The notes under the pieces were generated by a model. The model ran no database searches, was not told the DNA's origin, and worked only from the letters and a program-made list of their open reading frames with translations. A stretch of DNA of 64,000 nucleotides from the NCBI RefSeq assembly GCF_036321535.1, contig NC_087436.1, positions 9,424,001 through 9,488,000 on the forward strand, in the 5' to 3' direction. This DNA comes from Camelus dromedarius (lineage: Eukaryota). Of this stretch, positions 1 through 14,489 are shown piece by piece (the stretch's first letter is position 1; each line of letters opens with the position of its first letter). A program made the translations under genes and the position numbers.

Positions 1-1683
1 AAACACAACAAAATAATTACTAAACCAAGAACACATATACATGGTGATAGTGCACATGGTTTTATGTTAGGGGTTTCTCACACTAAAGCACTTTGACTGT
101 GATTGGCAGTAAAATGCTCTGTTGCCAAATGCTGTCAATCCTCCCTCACACGTGTCTTCCAAGTTCAGCTTACTCTCTGCATCCACCTGTCACTACCTAT
201 GTCTGGATCCTCAATATTTCTCCCCTGGATGATTACAATGATCGCCTCATCAACTTTCTTAACTGACACCCCATTTGTCCCTTACTCTAGTTTACCCTCT
301 ACAGAGCTCTTAGTTATCTTTCTAAAAGGAAAATGGTCCATGCCACCCAGCTGCTGAAGAACTTTATTATATACCATATAGAATCCAAATTCCATACCTT
401 GACAAGATCTATCCTCAACCTGTTACACATTGTCATCTTAAACCAACACCTTTTAGACCCAGCCCCCAACTTCATTGCTCCTACTACATGATCTTCCTTG
501 ACTTTTCTGCATATGCCAGCCCTCGTTGCAACACGTTGCTTCCAGGGTGCCTGGAATATGGTTGATACTCAGTAACTATTTCTTGACGGAGCAAATGAAT
601 AGATTTAATGCTGTTGCTTTCACTTGGTGTATACAAACTTCCGTATCTCCTTCCAGTCAAAGTCATTTTTTTAAGCTCAATTTAAGTATCACTTCTGCAT
701 TCCCCCTTGACTTACCCAGACAGGAAGTTGTTCCACTCTTGCTTCTGCAGAATTTCAGTAAGTTATCTTCAATAGCACTAACATATATTCTGCTATCTGT
801 TTATGTTTAAATCAGAATATATGTGTGTGTATATATATATATTCAATACTTAGTCTCTCCCAGGAACATACAAAAAACTCAATAAATGTTGGATCAATAA
901 TATCTATATAAATACTATAAGAAATAAAATTACATATTTATTAATTTATAACTGACAAAATATTTCCTATAATCTATGAGAAAATATAATGAATTATCAT
1001 TTCAAAATCTGGCATTGAAATATTTAATTTAAGTAAATTATCTACTATAAAAGCCAGAATATGATCAGTCATTATATAATATGAGAAAAATAAATCCATT
1101 TGAAGGTCTACATAGGACTTATCAAAATAGTACAAAACTGATTATTCTGATAACCATAGTAGCAAAGATTTTTTGAAAGTTTAAAATTAATTGATACTTA
1201 GAATATATTGGTGGAAAGTACATTACTTTCAATTAGTAAGTTTAAATTATACAGAATCATAACACTGAAGTAATATTTTAATTAAAACGCAATATTATAA
1301 AGTAAAATATATATCTATTTTTGGTAAAGAAGATTCAAAACTAAAGTTGTAGCCACATCTCCCATGACAACTCGTGAAAGTGGAAGTATGTAAAAATTAT
1401 TTGAATTCAGTGATTTCAGTATCAAATTCTCAATGTTACTATCTATGACCATTTAAAAAAATATGATGGTGCCTCAGTAGGTCATGAGTGCCTTTAAAAT
1501 ATATACTTAAATTATCCTTCAATCAGAAAAATACATATATCTTTTCTTTTAGTAATGGGTTTCTGAAAAATGGAACAAAAACATTTTCACTCAAGTTTGT
1601 ATGTATGTGAGCATCAGTAGTCACTTAGCTTACTCTACTCCTTGTGATCACAAAATTTAGAGACTTTCATTATTTTTAAAAAT

Positions 1684-2295
1684 CAATTTTTATTGAAGTA
1701 TAAAATTGACTTACAATATTACATTCATTTCAGGTTTACCAAATATTGATTGCATATTTTATACATCACCATGGTAAGTCTATTTACCATCCGTCACCAT
1801 ACAAAGTTATCACAATATAACTGACTATATTTCATGTGATGTACATTGCAACTCTGTGACTTATTTAGTTCATAATTGGAAGTTTGTACCTCTCAATCCC
1901 CTTCACATATTTTGCCCAATTCCCCATCCCCTCCCCTCTGGCAACCACAAGTTTTTTCCTCTATATCTATAAGTATGCTTTTGTTTTATTGTCTTTGCTT
2001 GTTTTGATTTTTAGATTCCACATACAAGTGGAATAATGTGGAATTTGTCATTCTCTGTCTGATCTATTTCACTTTGCATAATAGGTTCATCCATATTGTC
2101 ACAAATGGCAATATTTCATTCTTTTTTGTGGCTGAGTAATATTCCATTTTATATATATATATCTATATATATATCTATATATATAGATATATATATAGAT
2201 ATATTTCTTTATTCATGGACACAGGTTGCTTCCATATCTTGGTTATTGAGAACAGTGTCGCAGTAAACATTGAGCTGCACATATCTTTTCAGATC
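1684..2295 (-). mobile_element. LINE-1 3' end fragment
   Basis: 'ttttttattgaagtata..ttgacttacaat', 'ccctcccctctggcaaccac', 'ttagattccacatacaagtg' and 'ggctgagtaatattccatt' are the reverse complement of an L1 3'UTR/ORF2 end. Confidence 0.85.
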
Positions 2296-4100
2296 ATGCT
2301 AAGTATACATAGCATGATGAACAAGAACATGGAAACTGAATGTAATTTTTAAGTGCCTAAACTGATGTGATTTATCTCAGTAGTGGCCAAAAACATGAAT
2401 GTGAAGATATCAGTAAGACTGACATTTTCAGTAAGGCTGGACACTTGAAAACAACATATCTAGTTACCTAAGCAAAGATACATCATAAAACACTGGATGT
2501 GAGGGGAAAATGTGAAAAAGCAATAATGAACAGCAATAATTTAAAAAACATCAGTAAGTAGAGATGAGTCATCATACCCCTGAACCCTTATTTTAAAAGT
2601 ATAAGGAAGAACTTTCTTTCTAACAGACACAACTGCGGAATGAGGATGGTTGGCTTTGTGAAGCAGTGAGTTTTCTGTCTCTGAAAGTTGGTAAACAGAG
2701 ACCCAATAACCACTTGGTAAAGTTGATATGGGAGGAATCCTGTCTGGCTTTCTGCATATACACTGGCCAGCTGCGGAGGGCTGCCTGTCTGTCAAGGTCC
2801 TAGGAATTAGCTTAATACTCCACAGTCACTGTCTTTAAATTCTTAATTTTTTTGGACAAGAAACTCCACCTTTTCACTTAGCACTGAATTCCACAAATTA
2901 TATAGACAGTGCTGAGTATCAGACCAGTAATATGAATGATATACTCTTAAAGACTCTTCTGATACTGGATTTCTTTGATTTAGTGGGCTTACTTTGGGAA
3001 TCCAGAATGGGAAACAATCTTTGAATAATGATGTTGCATGAAGCCTCATGGAGATATGGGGGTTAGTAGCAAGAAATATGAAAAAAAAAATCAATTCGAC
3101 CTGTGTTTATCTAATCAATTATGATGAACTAAATAGAGGAATACGACTTGGGCAAAATGCGATAGTCCTAAAACAGTAAATCAGAATTAAAGGAATAAAA
3201 TGGGACAGTTACGGAGGGAAATGGGCAGAAGAGCTGATTGCTGCTGTGACATCTGTACAAAGTGAAACAGCCAAGCAGGCAGTTAATGGGGTTAACAGCA
3301 ATGGCAAGGCAGCACACGATGACTTGGGCAAAGCAAGCAATTGCTTGTGCAAATGCCGGAGGCTCGATGCGCTATTAGCTGTGCACGCGGCCCTCTTGAA
3401 AATTTTAATTGCAGTAGATATTGCATTTTTTATCTTATCAAAATAAAACTGGGTGGTTTTTCACCCTATAGCTACATTAAATCCTTCAAAAGTCTCTGTA
3501 TATAATAAGTTTTCTTCAAAACTCAGTGAAATAAGTTCCAGTTTTCACATGTTTCCCTCACATCGTCAGAGCAAAATCTAAAGACATCTCTGAAACACTG
3601 ATATTAATACTGTCTTGACCCTGCCCCTTAGATGTCTCAAACATTCTCCACTGTGGGCGTGAGGGGTTGATTTCCCCCGACCCTTCTAAAATCCCCATTT
3701 GTATGTCATACAGAGAAATCTGGAAAACCCACATGGCTCAGTGCAATTTTCTCATAGAAAACTCCTGCTAATAACACTTTTTCTTGAGTCCCTGGGTGAC
3801 AGGCAAAGCTCCTTTCTTATCTGAGGTGGAGAGAAATGGAAAAGAAGGGAGCAAAGCCATTTAAGAACCAAGCAGGAGTCTACACAAACACCTTAGTTTT
3901 TAGTATCGGCTTTAACCTTTTCGTTTAAATCAAGTTGCAGGTCACATGTATAGCTCAAATAAAAATAATGTAATACTTACTGGTGTGAGATGTTAATCAT
4001 CTTATTAAAAATATGAAGATTAGCAAAGTTGGCTTTGAGAGAAGTATTAATATTGCAAATCCATTTTTTAATGACTAATTATAAAACTGACAGTACTTTC

Positions 4101-4884
4101 TGTGTTAAGGTTTTCCAGAGAAACAGAGTCAACAACTTATATATATATTTATGTTTATTTACATATGATTATATTATATGTAATTGTTATATATAATATA
4201 AATATACACCATATGAACATATATGTATATATAATATGCACATATATTATTATATCATATTGTAATAGTATTATTATAATATGAAACATCATGTTATCAT
4301 ATATTATATATAATATGTAGATATAATACATATATAATCTAAATATATAATTATAATACTATGCTATTATATAATAATATAGTGATATAATTATATAAAT
4401 ACATATAATTATTTTAGATAATTATAAAATTATATATTTTATATATTTTATTATATATTGCATATGTTATATATATTTTTATCTTTTACATTGTATATGT
4501 TATTTTTACATTTTAACTTTTTATATATATTGCTAGAAAGAGAGAGAGAGATTTTAAGAAATTACATCGTAGGATAATGAAGCCCTGGTAAATCCAAAAT
4601 TTGCACTATAGGCCAGCAGGCTAGAGACACAGGGAAAAGTTGCAGAGTTCAAAGACAGTCTGCAGATAGGATTCCTTCTTTCTGTAGGGAGGTCAGTCTT
4701 TGTTTTATTAAGGATTTCATCATATAGGATGAGGATTAACCTCATATGAGGACCGCGTTATCCAAATCCATCAATTTAAATGTTACTCTCATCCCAAAAA
4801 ATACTTTCATAGAAACATCTAGAGTAGTGTTTGGCCAATCCTCCGGGCACCATCGCCCAGACTAATTGATGTAAAATTAACCAA
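4101..4884 (-). mobile_element. MLT2-like (ERVL) LTR with an expanded AT-rich microsatellite (4137-4530)
   Basis: 'ggttttccagagaaacaga', then (TA)-rich/(GA)n sequence, 'aaatccaaaatttgc..ggccagcaggctagagac' and 'taaaattaacca'. Confidence 0.8.
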
Positions 4885-7299
4885 GAGTTTGTGGCTACTA
4901 GCACCCATTTTTAAATAAAATTTTTTAAACATTCAAAATGAGTCACAACTATGAATGCCAGTATATACATAACATAGCAGAAGCTACATCTCTGTATACT
5001 ATACCATGTCAGAGAAAGTATGCAGAAAAAACAGTAATTTCTTAACTCAAAAAAAAAAAACACCCTTTATGTTAGAAAATGTCACACAGCTTTTTCAACC
5101 CATTTCCTTATATTCTGAAGAAAAATCTAAGATTGTTCAGATCGTGCCTCCTGGTACTTGGGATTCTTGATTTTTGGAATAAGCAGGATCATCCTACATA
5201 GAATGGAGAAAAAAAGAACAAAAAAAGAACAAAGTAGGTATTGCATTTAATAAGACATAGCCTCATAAAAATTAATAATAAAGAATATTCAATGATATAT
5301 ATAGTTGAAAAATAAAATACAGAATAACTTGAATCTCCAGTTGTTGAATATTGAATAAAATACTCTCCTATCTAATGGCAAGAAATATTTGTCATACTAG
5401 GGAAAACACCAATGATTAGGACTGAATTATGGGGGTCCACTGACTCATAGACTGAGACCTGATTCTTCTCTGGGGACAGAAATATTGTCCCCAAACATCT
5501 CTACTGGTAAAGATACAGAAAAAGATAAACTCAATTTTGCCTCAAGTATTTATTCATTTGAGATATATGCCCATACATATATATACAATATAAATATACT
5601 CTTCATATAGGAGAATTACCTGATCATAATTAAAACAATAAAAAAAAATCAGAGAATACCATTATGGGGGTGAGTGTAGGTGAAGTGAATAACATTTGTA
5701 AAAGCCCGTGCTAAGTGTATCCAAAACTATGAAAGTCCGTCGTTTGAAAGCTCCATGTCTCTGGTGATAGAGTAAGGTCTTCAGACAGGGATTAAAATAA
5801 AAATGTTTTCTGATTAGAAAAGAATCTTTGAACAAATAATACAATAACAGCTTTCCTAACCGTAAGGGAGCATTTCTAGATGCATCTCTGTTTAAATTTC
5901 ATGCAGCATAAACCATGTATAATCACCCCCTCCTTCATCGGAGAAGATGTGTTCTGGGTCAGAATGTTAGCTCCCATGAGTGAATTAGTTCTAGATTTAC
6001 GCTAAGGCTTGGATTTGCTCAAAGCATATGATATGAAAAGCAAAACCTGAAGCAGAGAGAATCACACAAGAAAATGCTCCAGTGTTGAGAGTCGAAGGCA
6101 TATGCTATTGGAATATGCCATTTGAGCTCTATTTTACTCTGTTTAACCAGCTGGGAGCTGGCAGTTTACTTCACCCTGAGATATGGTTTCCACTTTCTTG
6201 TAAAATTAAAGCTTTGATATAAGTCATCTTTAATCTAGAAAACTAAGACACAATTGTGAAACCCAAGAGCTTCGAAATGCATTTTGATTCTGGAAAACAA
6301 GTATGTCATGAAATTAAAACCATTCATGCTTACCCTCGAGATTTGTGTCAAAATAAAAGATTTATAAATGCATGCATGCCATTGTACCTTTATCAAAAGA
6401 ACTTATATAATGTTACTGCACTTCTGAGACAGAGAGGATGATGAAACAGTTTATTCTTTAGAGCTTTTTGCATCAAAACCAAAACTATCAAAAATAGCTT
6501 ACGTATCTATTAGATATTTGATATGAAATTGCAAAGTACAATTAAAGACACAAATTCCATTGTGTGACATGCTTCTCCGATTTCTCTTTAGACGCCGAAA
6601 CCCGTATTCCTGTTCACAGAAGGCAAGCCCTAAAGTTCCTCAATCAAAGGCAGAATAGTAAATCAAAAGGGCCTGGTTGATTTTGAAGGGTGTCTGCTTG
6701 GATCTGAACAATCACCTGCTGCTTCTGTTATGAGGAGAGAATTGAATGTTTTTCCTCCCTTTTTAAACTGGAGGTTAGCTGTGGAGGGTTCTCCTTTGAA
6801 AATGACATACTTATGTGTTCTGTATGTTTCACGTGTGTCAGGCTGGAATAGGTTTAGTTTCTACTGTTGCTGTCTATGAAATGAGGCCCAGAGAGTGAGA
6901 AATGAAGCAGAGAACAGAAGGCGATTTATTGTGAAATTGATGCTGAGTGGTTCACTGATCCAGAAGGCGGCATGAGGTACGATCACTGAATTACTGATCC
7001 ATAATGTATATACCGCCACACCTTCATGCCACTTACACTCAAATCAAAGGGCGAAGATGGTGACATCGCTCTAAATTAGAAGACGTATTAAAGCAAAGAA
7101 CTGCTAAATTGGGATTTAGAATTATCGGAGAACTATGTACACATACTGTAACAGTAGAAAAACAAACACGAACCAAAGAAATCTTGGCTACTGTTGTGTG
7201 AATTATATTTTTAGTTATTTTTCTAATTTATGAGCAATAAATATGTAAAATTATTTCTACATATTAATTGCCAACCAGGGGAAATGATACTTTATTCAC

Positions 7300-7530
7300 G
7301 AATTTATTCACATTTGGTATAATTTACATACATTGAATACACAGATATGAACTGTAATGCTTGATGAGTTTGGACAAATGAATATACCCATGTCACCAAC
7401 ACCCAAATTAATATAATAATCATTATCATTATCACCGCAAGTTCTCTTATATCCATTTCTAGTTAATAATCCCGCTCACCGGGAAACTGGAGTCCTGATT
7501 TTTACTGTAGTGTAATCAAACCTTTTGGGG
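7300..7530 (-). mobile_element. Old LINE-1 3' fragment
   Basis: 'ggtataatttacataca..gatgagtttggacaaatgaatatacccatgtcaccaacaccca'. Confidence 0.6.
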
Positions 7531-10378
7531 AACTTATTATAAATACAAATCTGGACATTGCGGAAGATGTATTGTAAAGACAATTTCTGTTACCTTTTTA
7601 TACAGGTGTTGAGTTTTATTCTAGCAAGTATCTAGATTGTAATGGATGATCTTGAACTTGTGGACTTTGTTGTGATAAGTCTATTTCATTTGCCTCTTTA
7701 ATCCCAGGGTGAACGCCTTAGTCCTTGTCCCTACAAAGCCCAACTTCTGTAACAATGCCATCTAAGTTAGTGGCATTCAAATTAGAACAGGGTGTCCTCT
7801 GCCTTGTGCAGCAGCTGAAAAGTCGGCTCTTACCTTTCAGCATCCTCCCTGAGGTTCCTTCCTGGGCTCCTGGAAGTCTCCTGCTGACAGTGCTCAACTC
7901 AAGTTTAAGGTGAGTTTATGCATCGTTTTTGGGTGACTGTCCTGTTTATCCCTCCTTTTCAGATCCCTCTCAATTTCCATATACAGCGTCAGTCCCAAAC
8001 TTCAACTCCGACCCCATCTCCAGGGCAGCTGAGGCTTTCTGTTCAAGTTCTATTTGCTGTGGACACCGACGGAATCCTAACAGTGTGGAACCCTTCATCA
8101 GAAGGTAAATTCACCCCAGTTTGTTCACCCTCCACTGTCTTCAAATTGTGCTCGTTGAAATGTTGTCCATAGTTTATAATTATTCATTTTTATAAAAACT
8201 ATTCTGTGCTTTCAGAGCCAAAACCCCTGTCCTATCATCACTTGAAAAGACTTATTAAATAGAAGCACTGTTCTCGTTAAACCAAATCCTTATCGTATGG
8301 ATTATTTAATTGAACAATAATAATATATATAAACGTGTAACTTTACAATGTAAAATGTTTCCAAAAGAAAAACAGATTTTTGAGGGAAAATGTAAGAAGC
8401 AGATCCCTTAGATTGGGTTTCACAAGTACCTCTTTGGGACATTTGTATGACAAAGATTTGCCAGGTAACAAGGGGTGGAGAGTGGTTTTAGAGGTAGAGG
8501 GGAGGGTCTGGGCCACAGGAAAGGACTGGTTTCACACAGGAAACTGAAGTAGGCCAGTGCGAAATAACAGAAGCTAGTCAGGGACATACCACTTAGGATT
8601 TTGTACAAATGCTTGTAAAATACACAAATCCACTGGGAGGCTATCGACAGTTTTCAATCCAGGTAGTGATATGATTTTGACTGCATTCTGGAGTCATAAT
8701 GTAACCTGGCTAAACTATGGAAGTCAATTGGATTATGTCAAGTGCAATTGATAAATGAAAGATGGTGAGAACGTGGTAGCAACAGTAGAGGAGAAATTAC
8801 AAGAATCGAGATGTGTTTTATGGAAGAACAGTGGGAATTTTGAAAACATTGTCTTTAATTTTTAAAATATTATTTAATTGTGTAAAATCAGTAGTAGCTC
8901 ATAACAGATTTGAAAAAAAAAGCTTTTCCAGCAATTATTATACTTTTCTGTCCTTTGTAAATCTTATCTTAATTTATTAAATAACGTATGGCATAAGACA
9001 TATATTATTGCTTAAAAATGTACAGTTATAAAAATAATCTTTTGAGGTCATCTAGCCCAGTTCCCACAACTGTTTAAAAAACACATCTAGCTCATGATCT
9101 TTCAGGAACCAGTTTGAATATGGAAAATTATAGCAGCTGAAAATTCTGACTTCTAATGAAATGAATTCTGCCTCGTAATTTTTACTGAAAGTTACTTAAT
9201 TAATGATTATAATGAGTAATGCCCACTTCACCCTGATGAACTTTCCTAAATCTTAAATCTTGGGCATATGGTTTAAAATGTTTAGTATTCTTTTTTTTTT
9301 TATGATTGTTAATATGACAACTTAGAAGGATATTCTAAATTTCTAAGCATCCTGTCATTTCTCCTGTCCTCACTTAGCTTTCTTCACTTTTGATCCTCTT
9401 CCTGATAGAAGTTTATACAAATCAAGAAATGTGTAAATTTGAAACTATCTACTGTCTAGGAGTCATAACCTACTTCTGAAATGGTTTAATGGGCAATGGA
9501 AAATCATCAAATGACTTTGTGTTTCTCGTTAGTGTCTGCTATATTTAAATGCCAGCATTTTTTGATGTTCTCTTTCTTTTCTTATTTCAACCTTAATCCA
9601 AATGTTTCCCACCAGCCTTCCTTCCTTAAGTTGATATATATATATCTCTACCTTCTGGACACGGCATATCAAGCCAACACCTAAGTTGTTCAATACGCTT
9701 ATTTTGCACAGTCCTGTCATTGCCAATTGCAACTGGCTCTCCAATGGTGTGTCCCATGCTCTGATGGTATTTCTGACATAGGATACACTTAAATCTTTAT
9801 GGTTTCATGTTAAGGCCATTTCATATTTGCCTTCTTAAATGTAGGTGAAGGACAAGTAGTTCCTTAAAACTTTTAAGTTATTGTTCCTGTTAATCATTTA
9901 TTCAAAACCATTTCCTATTCTAAACCAATTAAAACCCCTTTACAAATTATTTACATGTTTCTTCACTAGCCCTAATGTCCTCACACACATGTCGATGTGT
10001 GCCCATGAAATATGTAACACAGCTCCATATGTAAAAGTTTAAAATTAACATTGGATGAGTGTTTTCTTCCATAATTCTGCCTGCTGTGGTCATAATGAGC
10101 ATGAATAATTCCCTAGACCATTACAAATAACTCTCTCCAGGGCACTTTAATCCCAGCCTTGATGTCACAACAAATTGAGAATTTCCTTTGAAGTCCGAGG
10201 CAATGAGACCATGTAGATATTGCTGCACATCTTAGCGTGCACATGAACTAAAACATAAATGAGGCACAGAGAGTCGTGATGCGGACTTTCAGGTTCTTCT
10301 CGCTGAGGAAGCCCTGTCCCTGGTCAGAAGTGGTCTGGATTTGTCCTTTGTTTTCACTATAAAACTATAGTGGACCTT

Positions 10379-10551
10379 CATCTACATCTTTACCTTCCTC
10401 TTCATCTTCTTCATCTTCCTCTTCTCCTCCATCTTCTTTATCTTCACCTTCCTTTTCCTCTTCATCTTCATCTTCATCTTCATTTTCCTCTTCTTCTTCT
10501 TCTTCCTCTTCCTCTTCATCTTCAACATCCTCTTCATCTTCATCTTCATCC
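10379..10551. repeat. Imperfect (TCT/TCA/TCC)n pyrimidine-rich trinucleotide tract
   Basis: About 57 in-phase triplets, directly visible. Confidence 0.95.
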
Positions 10552-13305
10552 CCTTGGTGGTATGTTGTCACACTATACCCCCACTTGACTACAATTTCCA
10601 TGGAACTAGGGGTCTTGCTTCTCTCTTCGTTTGACTAGACCCCCAAAGCCAATCCAACACCAAATATAATAATCCTAAAATAATTAAAAAATATAAATCC
10701 TAAAAAGCAAAATAAAATAAAAAACCAAAAAAAAAAAATATTGGCAAACAAATGAATAAAGCATTCTTCATGAGGCCTCTTAGTCCATCCTTGTACCAAG
10801 AGCTTTACTTCTACGTGCCCAGAAATGCTTAGACTCCATTGGTGAATTCATGTTTATTTTGTACAGCAAGTCTTTATTGCAGGATTATTAGCGAAGCACT
10901 TTCTAATTGCTTCATAACCTTTTTTCTGTAACCCTTGGATAGCACTCTTCACTTTCCAACTTTGTAATAAAGTTCGTTCGTAGACACTCTTGGGGTTCCT
11001 AGTATAGTGGCTTAAAAAAGGCAGGCACGTATGTTAGTTTTTTATGGTAGGGCCACACCTGTTTTTGTATCTTCTTTGATGATTTGCATGACTATGTGAC
11101 TTGTCTCAGACAATAAAATGTGTGCAGCAGGGAAGGGTCTGATTTCTGGGGAAAAGCTCTAACAGCCAGTGCACCTGTCGGTGTGGTTCCTGCCTCTAGT
11201 GACGGTGGGTGCTGTGGCTTGCACTGGGATGGCACCCTTGATGCGTAACTGTTTCACTTCAGAAATATTTATTCTCTTCATGTTAAAAACATGTCCCACT
11301 ATCTGAAAAGAAAATATATGGACAAAGATTTAGCATTAGATTATAGACTATACATATTTTAAAAACCACATTTATCAGAACTGGAATTTGGAAATGGAAT
11401 TTGGAATTTTTAATAGTGTTTAATATTTTTTACACTGAAACTAGAGTGTTAATAATACTGAACTAACAGCTATGCTTTGGGGTCATCACAAAAATAGAAG
11501 AGCTTTACAGACAGTGCTGTTAGCCTTCCAAAAATCTTTTCTTTCTTTTTCTTTATGATAAGAAAGGTGGTATTTACAGAGCAGAAACATACCCAGTTAA
11601 AATGTTTGGTTTTTAAAGGTTCTAGAGAGCTAGGTACCGAACATTTTAGGATCATCATTTCTGTTATTAATTTACCAAAAACCTCCTTCCATTCTAAACT
11701 AAATAATACTAATTGGTAAATTCCTTAAGGGTTTCCTCCCTGGCCGTACTTTTCATGTGCAGGCAGTCCCGTACTGGATAGGAAGGATCTGGACAAGCTG
11801 TTTAAGGGGGGGCAGTTTGGCTGACTTCTCTCGGTATCCTCTGTCCTCCTCATGTGCCCTCTTCCCGGCTACCTGCCTGGAGGACAGATGGGATGACCAG
11901 AAGGGGATCAGGCAGATTACAACTGTGAGGGGAAACAATCATATGCTAAGAATGGCAGAGAAGGATGGCTGTACCGTCCCTGAGCTGTTTTCCCCTGTCG
12001 TTACTCTTTCCCTAAGAAAAGAACCCCTTATATAGGTCAGTGAATTAGGTTCTTGCCTATCTGTTACCACGCAGCCAAAAGCAATGAGTAACTTGCTAAC
12101 TACTCTCTGCACAGCTTGGGAGAAAATAATCAAAATTTTAAATCCATGAACTTAGTAATATACCTTAAAATTAAATTTCTGGGATTAAAAATAAACATAT
12201 CCTGTGTTTTTTGCCCCCACCCCCACCCCACCCCCACTCTCCTTGTCATTTACCACTGTGGGCTGCAAGGAAAGTTTAATCACAGTAGGTAGCCTTAGTT
12301 TAGAAAGTTCTAGATTCCGTAAGAAACACAAACTATATTTAATATATATTAAAGAATTTAAATGTATCCATTTTATGCAAAGTCTTTAGGTAGAACATGT
12401 AGTTAGTGACCATCATGCAGTAGAATAAAACTGTGTTGTAATAGTGGATCTTTTGTTTGGTTCCAGTGTACTCTTAGGCAAGTTGCTTAAAATTTCTATG
12501 TTTCTTTGTCCTCATCTGTAAAATGGTAATAACGCTTATTTTATGGAATTATTATGATTAATGGCAATACTTTCCTAAATGGATGCTCAGTAATTGGTAG
12601 ATGTTAATTTTTTCTTATGTGTTTTCAGGTATAGATATTGTTAAAGAACTTTTACTAGGGAGCCCATCTAGGGATGGAAGATTCATTTGACTTTGAAAAA
12701 ATGATCCCTTTTAGCCAGGTGATAATTCCTGAAGGAAAGACATTATTCTTTTTTTCAACAGAAGATATTAAAATCTATCCGTATTGAGTGTGCTACTACA
12801 AAAAAGGAGGTAACGAAAACATGGGGTATGTTTTATCTAACTCTAGAGAAATTCAGAGAAAGGAAGTCATCAAGGAAAATGACAGAGGCTGTAGAGAAAT
12901 GATCACTTACTTGAAACTGATGTACGTTGCCCATTGCCTGTATTGACCGCCATTTTACATCCATGCCCAACGGCCTTTAGAGTCTGAAAAATCTGGAAAA
13001 TGAACACTTCACTTCCTATATTTTCTTATAGGTGGGGTTCTTATGGGTCTTAGGAACTGCTGTTTGCATGCACTCATGTGAGATGTAAAACGTGGAAATA
13101 AAGCAGAAGTCCTCTTTCATTTATGTTTAGGTACTTTCTGTTTGCAACACTGTAAGGAAATGGGAACTTTCTCCAGCATCACTGAAGCCCGACCTCTGCC
13201 CTACAGGTGTTTAGAGGCTACTGTGTTGACGGCTGCAGTAATTCCATCTTGCCTACTGATAAATCACAAATTCAGTGAATTTTTAAACTCGAACGTTTCC
13301 GTGAT

Positions 13306-13600
13306 GTTTTCTTTTTCTTTTTCTTTTTCTTTTTGTTTTTCTTTTTCTTTTTTTCTTTAACAGCTTTATTGTGGTATAGCTCCTGTACAGTAAACTATAC
13401 ATATTTCACATGCACAATTTGATGAATTTTGATAGATGTGTACACCTATAAAGCCACCACCATAATCAAGATAGCTAACATTTCCATCACTCCCCAAGAG
13501 GTGCAATTTTTGAACTCCCAATTTATCCTTTCCCTCCCCCTTTACCCACTGGCAGTCATAAGTTTGTTCTCTATGTCTGTGCGTCTGTTTCTGTTTTGTG
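13306..13600 (-). mobile_element. LINE-1 3' end with a (TTTTCT)n tail-derived repeat
   Basis: (TTTTCT)n at 13306-13357, then 'acagctttattgtggtatag..gatgaattttgatagatgtgtacacc..accaccataatcaagatag'. Confidence 0.75.
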
Positions 13601-14298
13601 TCTCAGGCAGGAGCCCCCCCTGGTGGTCAGTTTTAAAGGTTCTGGGAGTCCTGCCAGGGAGGACCTGGAAAGGGCACAAAAACTCTCCCTGACAACCTGC
13701 AATGAATTTGTGAGCAGCAACTTTCAGGAATTAAATGTTTTTGTGTTAAGGTATCTAGAGTAGTTTGGTTTCCCTACTGAACCCTGATGGAGATGACCTG
13801 AAACCAAGAGAGCACTTTGAAATGCAATTCTTTTTTCTTACAAATTAAGGACTTTCTTCTTCTTTCCACACTGTTTCTGCTTAGCTCTGCTTTCCAACCA
13901 CTATCCATCAACATCACAGTTTCATTTTAAAAGCGTTGTCAAAGCTGTTTTTATAGAAAATTCACAGTTTAAAAATGTTGTATCTCTGCTCCCACACTCC
14001 TACACTCACTCACTCTACCTGTAACAACTGTTTTTGTTCTAATAAACAGCATATTTTGCCTCTAAAGAGATGTTTCTGGCAAATAAAAGTTGCCTTAGAT
14101 TGACTAAAGGTAAATGAGAAATTCTTTTACTCTAGATACTGCCATTTGTGATGAGAAGATATTATTTGATCAGCGAATTTCCCTGACATTTTATTTCCAA
14201 AAGTTTTAATAATGTCCCAATCAAGAAATCAAAAAAATATTTAACATAATTATGTGTATACAAGCATTTCACTTTTGTTTGGTTGTGCCAGGGTAGAT

Positions 14299-14367
14299 GG
14301 AAGGAAGGAAGGAAGAAAGGAAGGGAGGAGGGAAAGAAGGAAGGAAGAAAGAAAGGAAGGAAGGAAA
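14299..14367. repeat. (GGAA)n imperfect microsatellite
   Basis: Directly visible. Confidence 0.9.
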
Positions 14368-14489
14368 GAGAAAATTTATAGAGTAGAAATATACGAAAAG
14401 AATATTTGCAATTACAGAAATAAAAATGTTGAACTTGACATAAGGCTAACAAAATTAAGTATGGAAAGGCTACATATAAATATATAATC

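Noticed and set aside
5471..5493. Hairpin TGGGGACA-N7-TGTCCCCA
   Set aside because: An 8-bp stem is expected by chance in 64 kb, and there is no TIR-element or ncRNA context.
10365..10601. Acidic 78-aa ORF and the opposite His/Leu ORF
   Set aside because: Both are products of the triplet repeat, with non-ATG starts.
12629..12718. 90-bp candidate exon (ttttcag|G ... CAG|gtgata)
   Set aside because: Stops occur in all three frames and there is no other support. It could only be non-coding.
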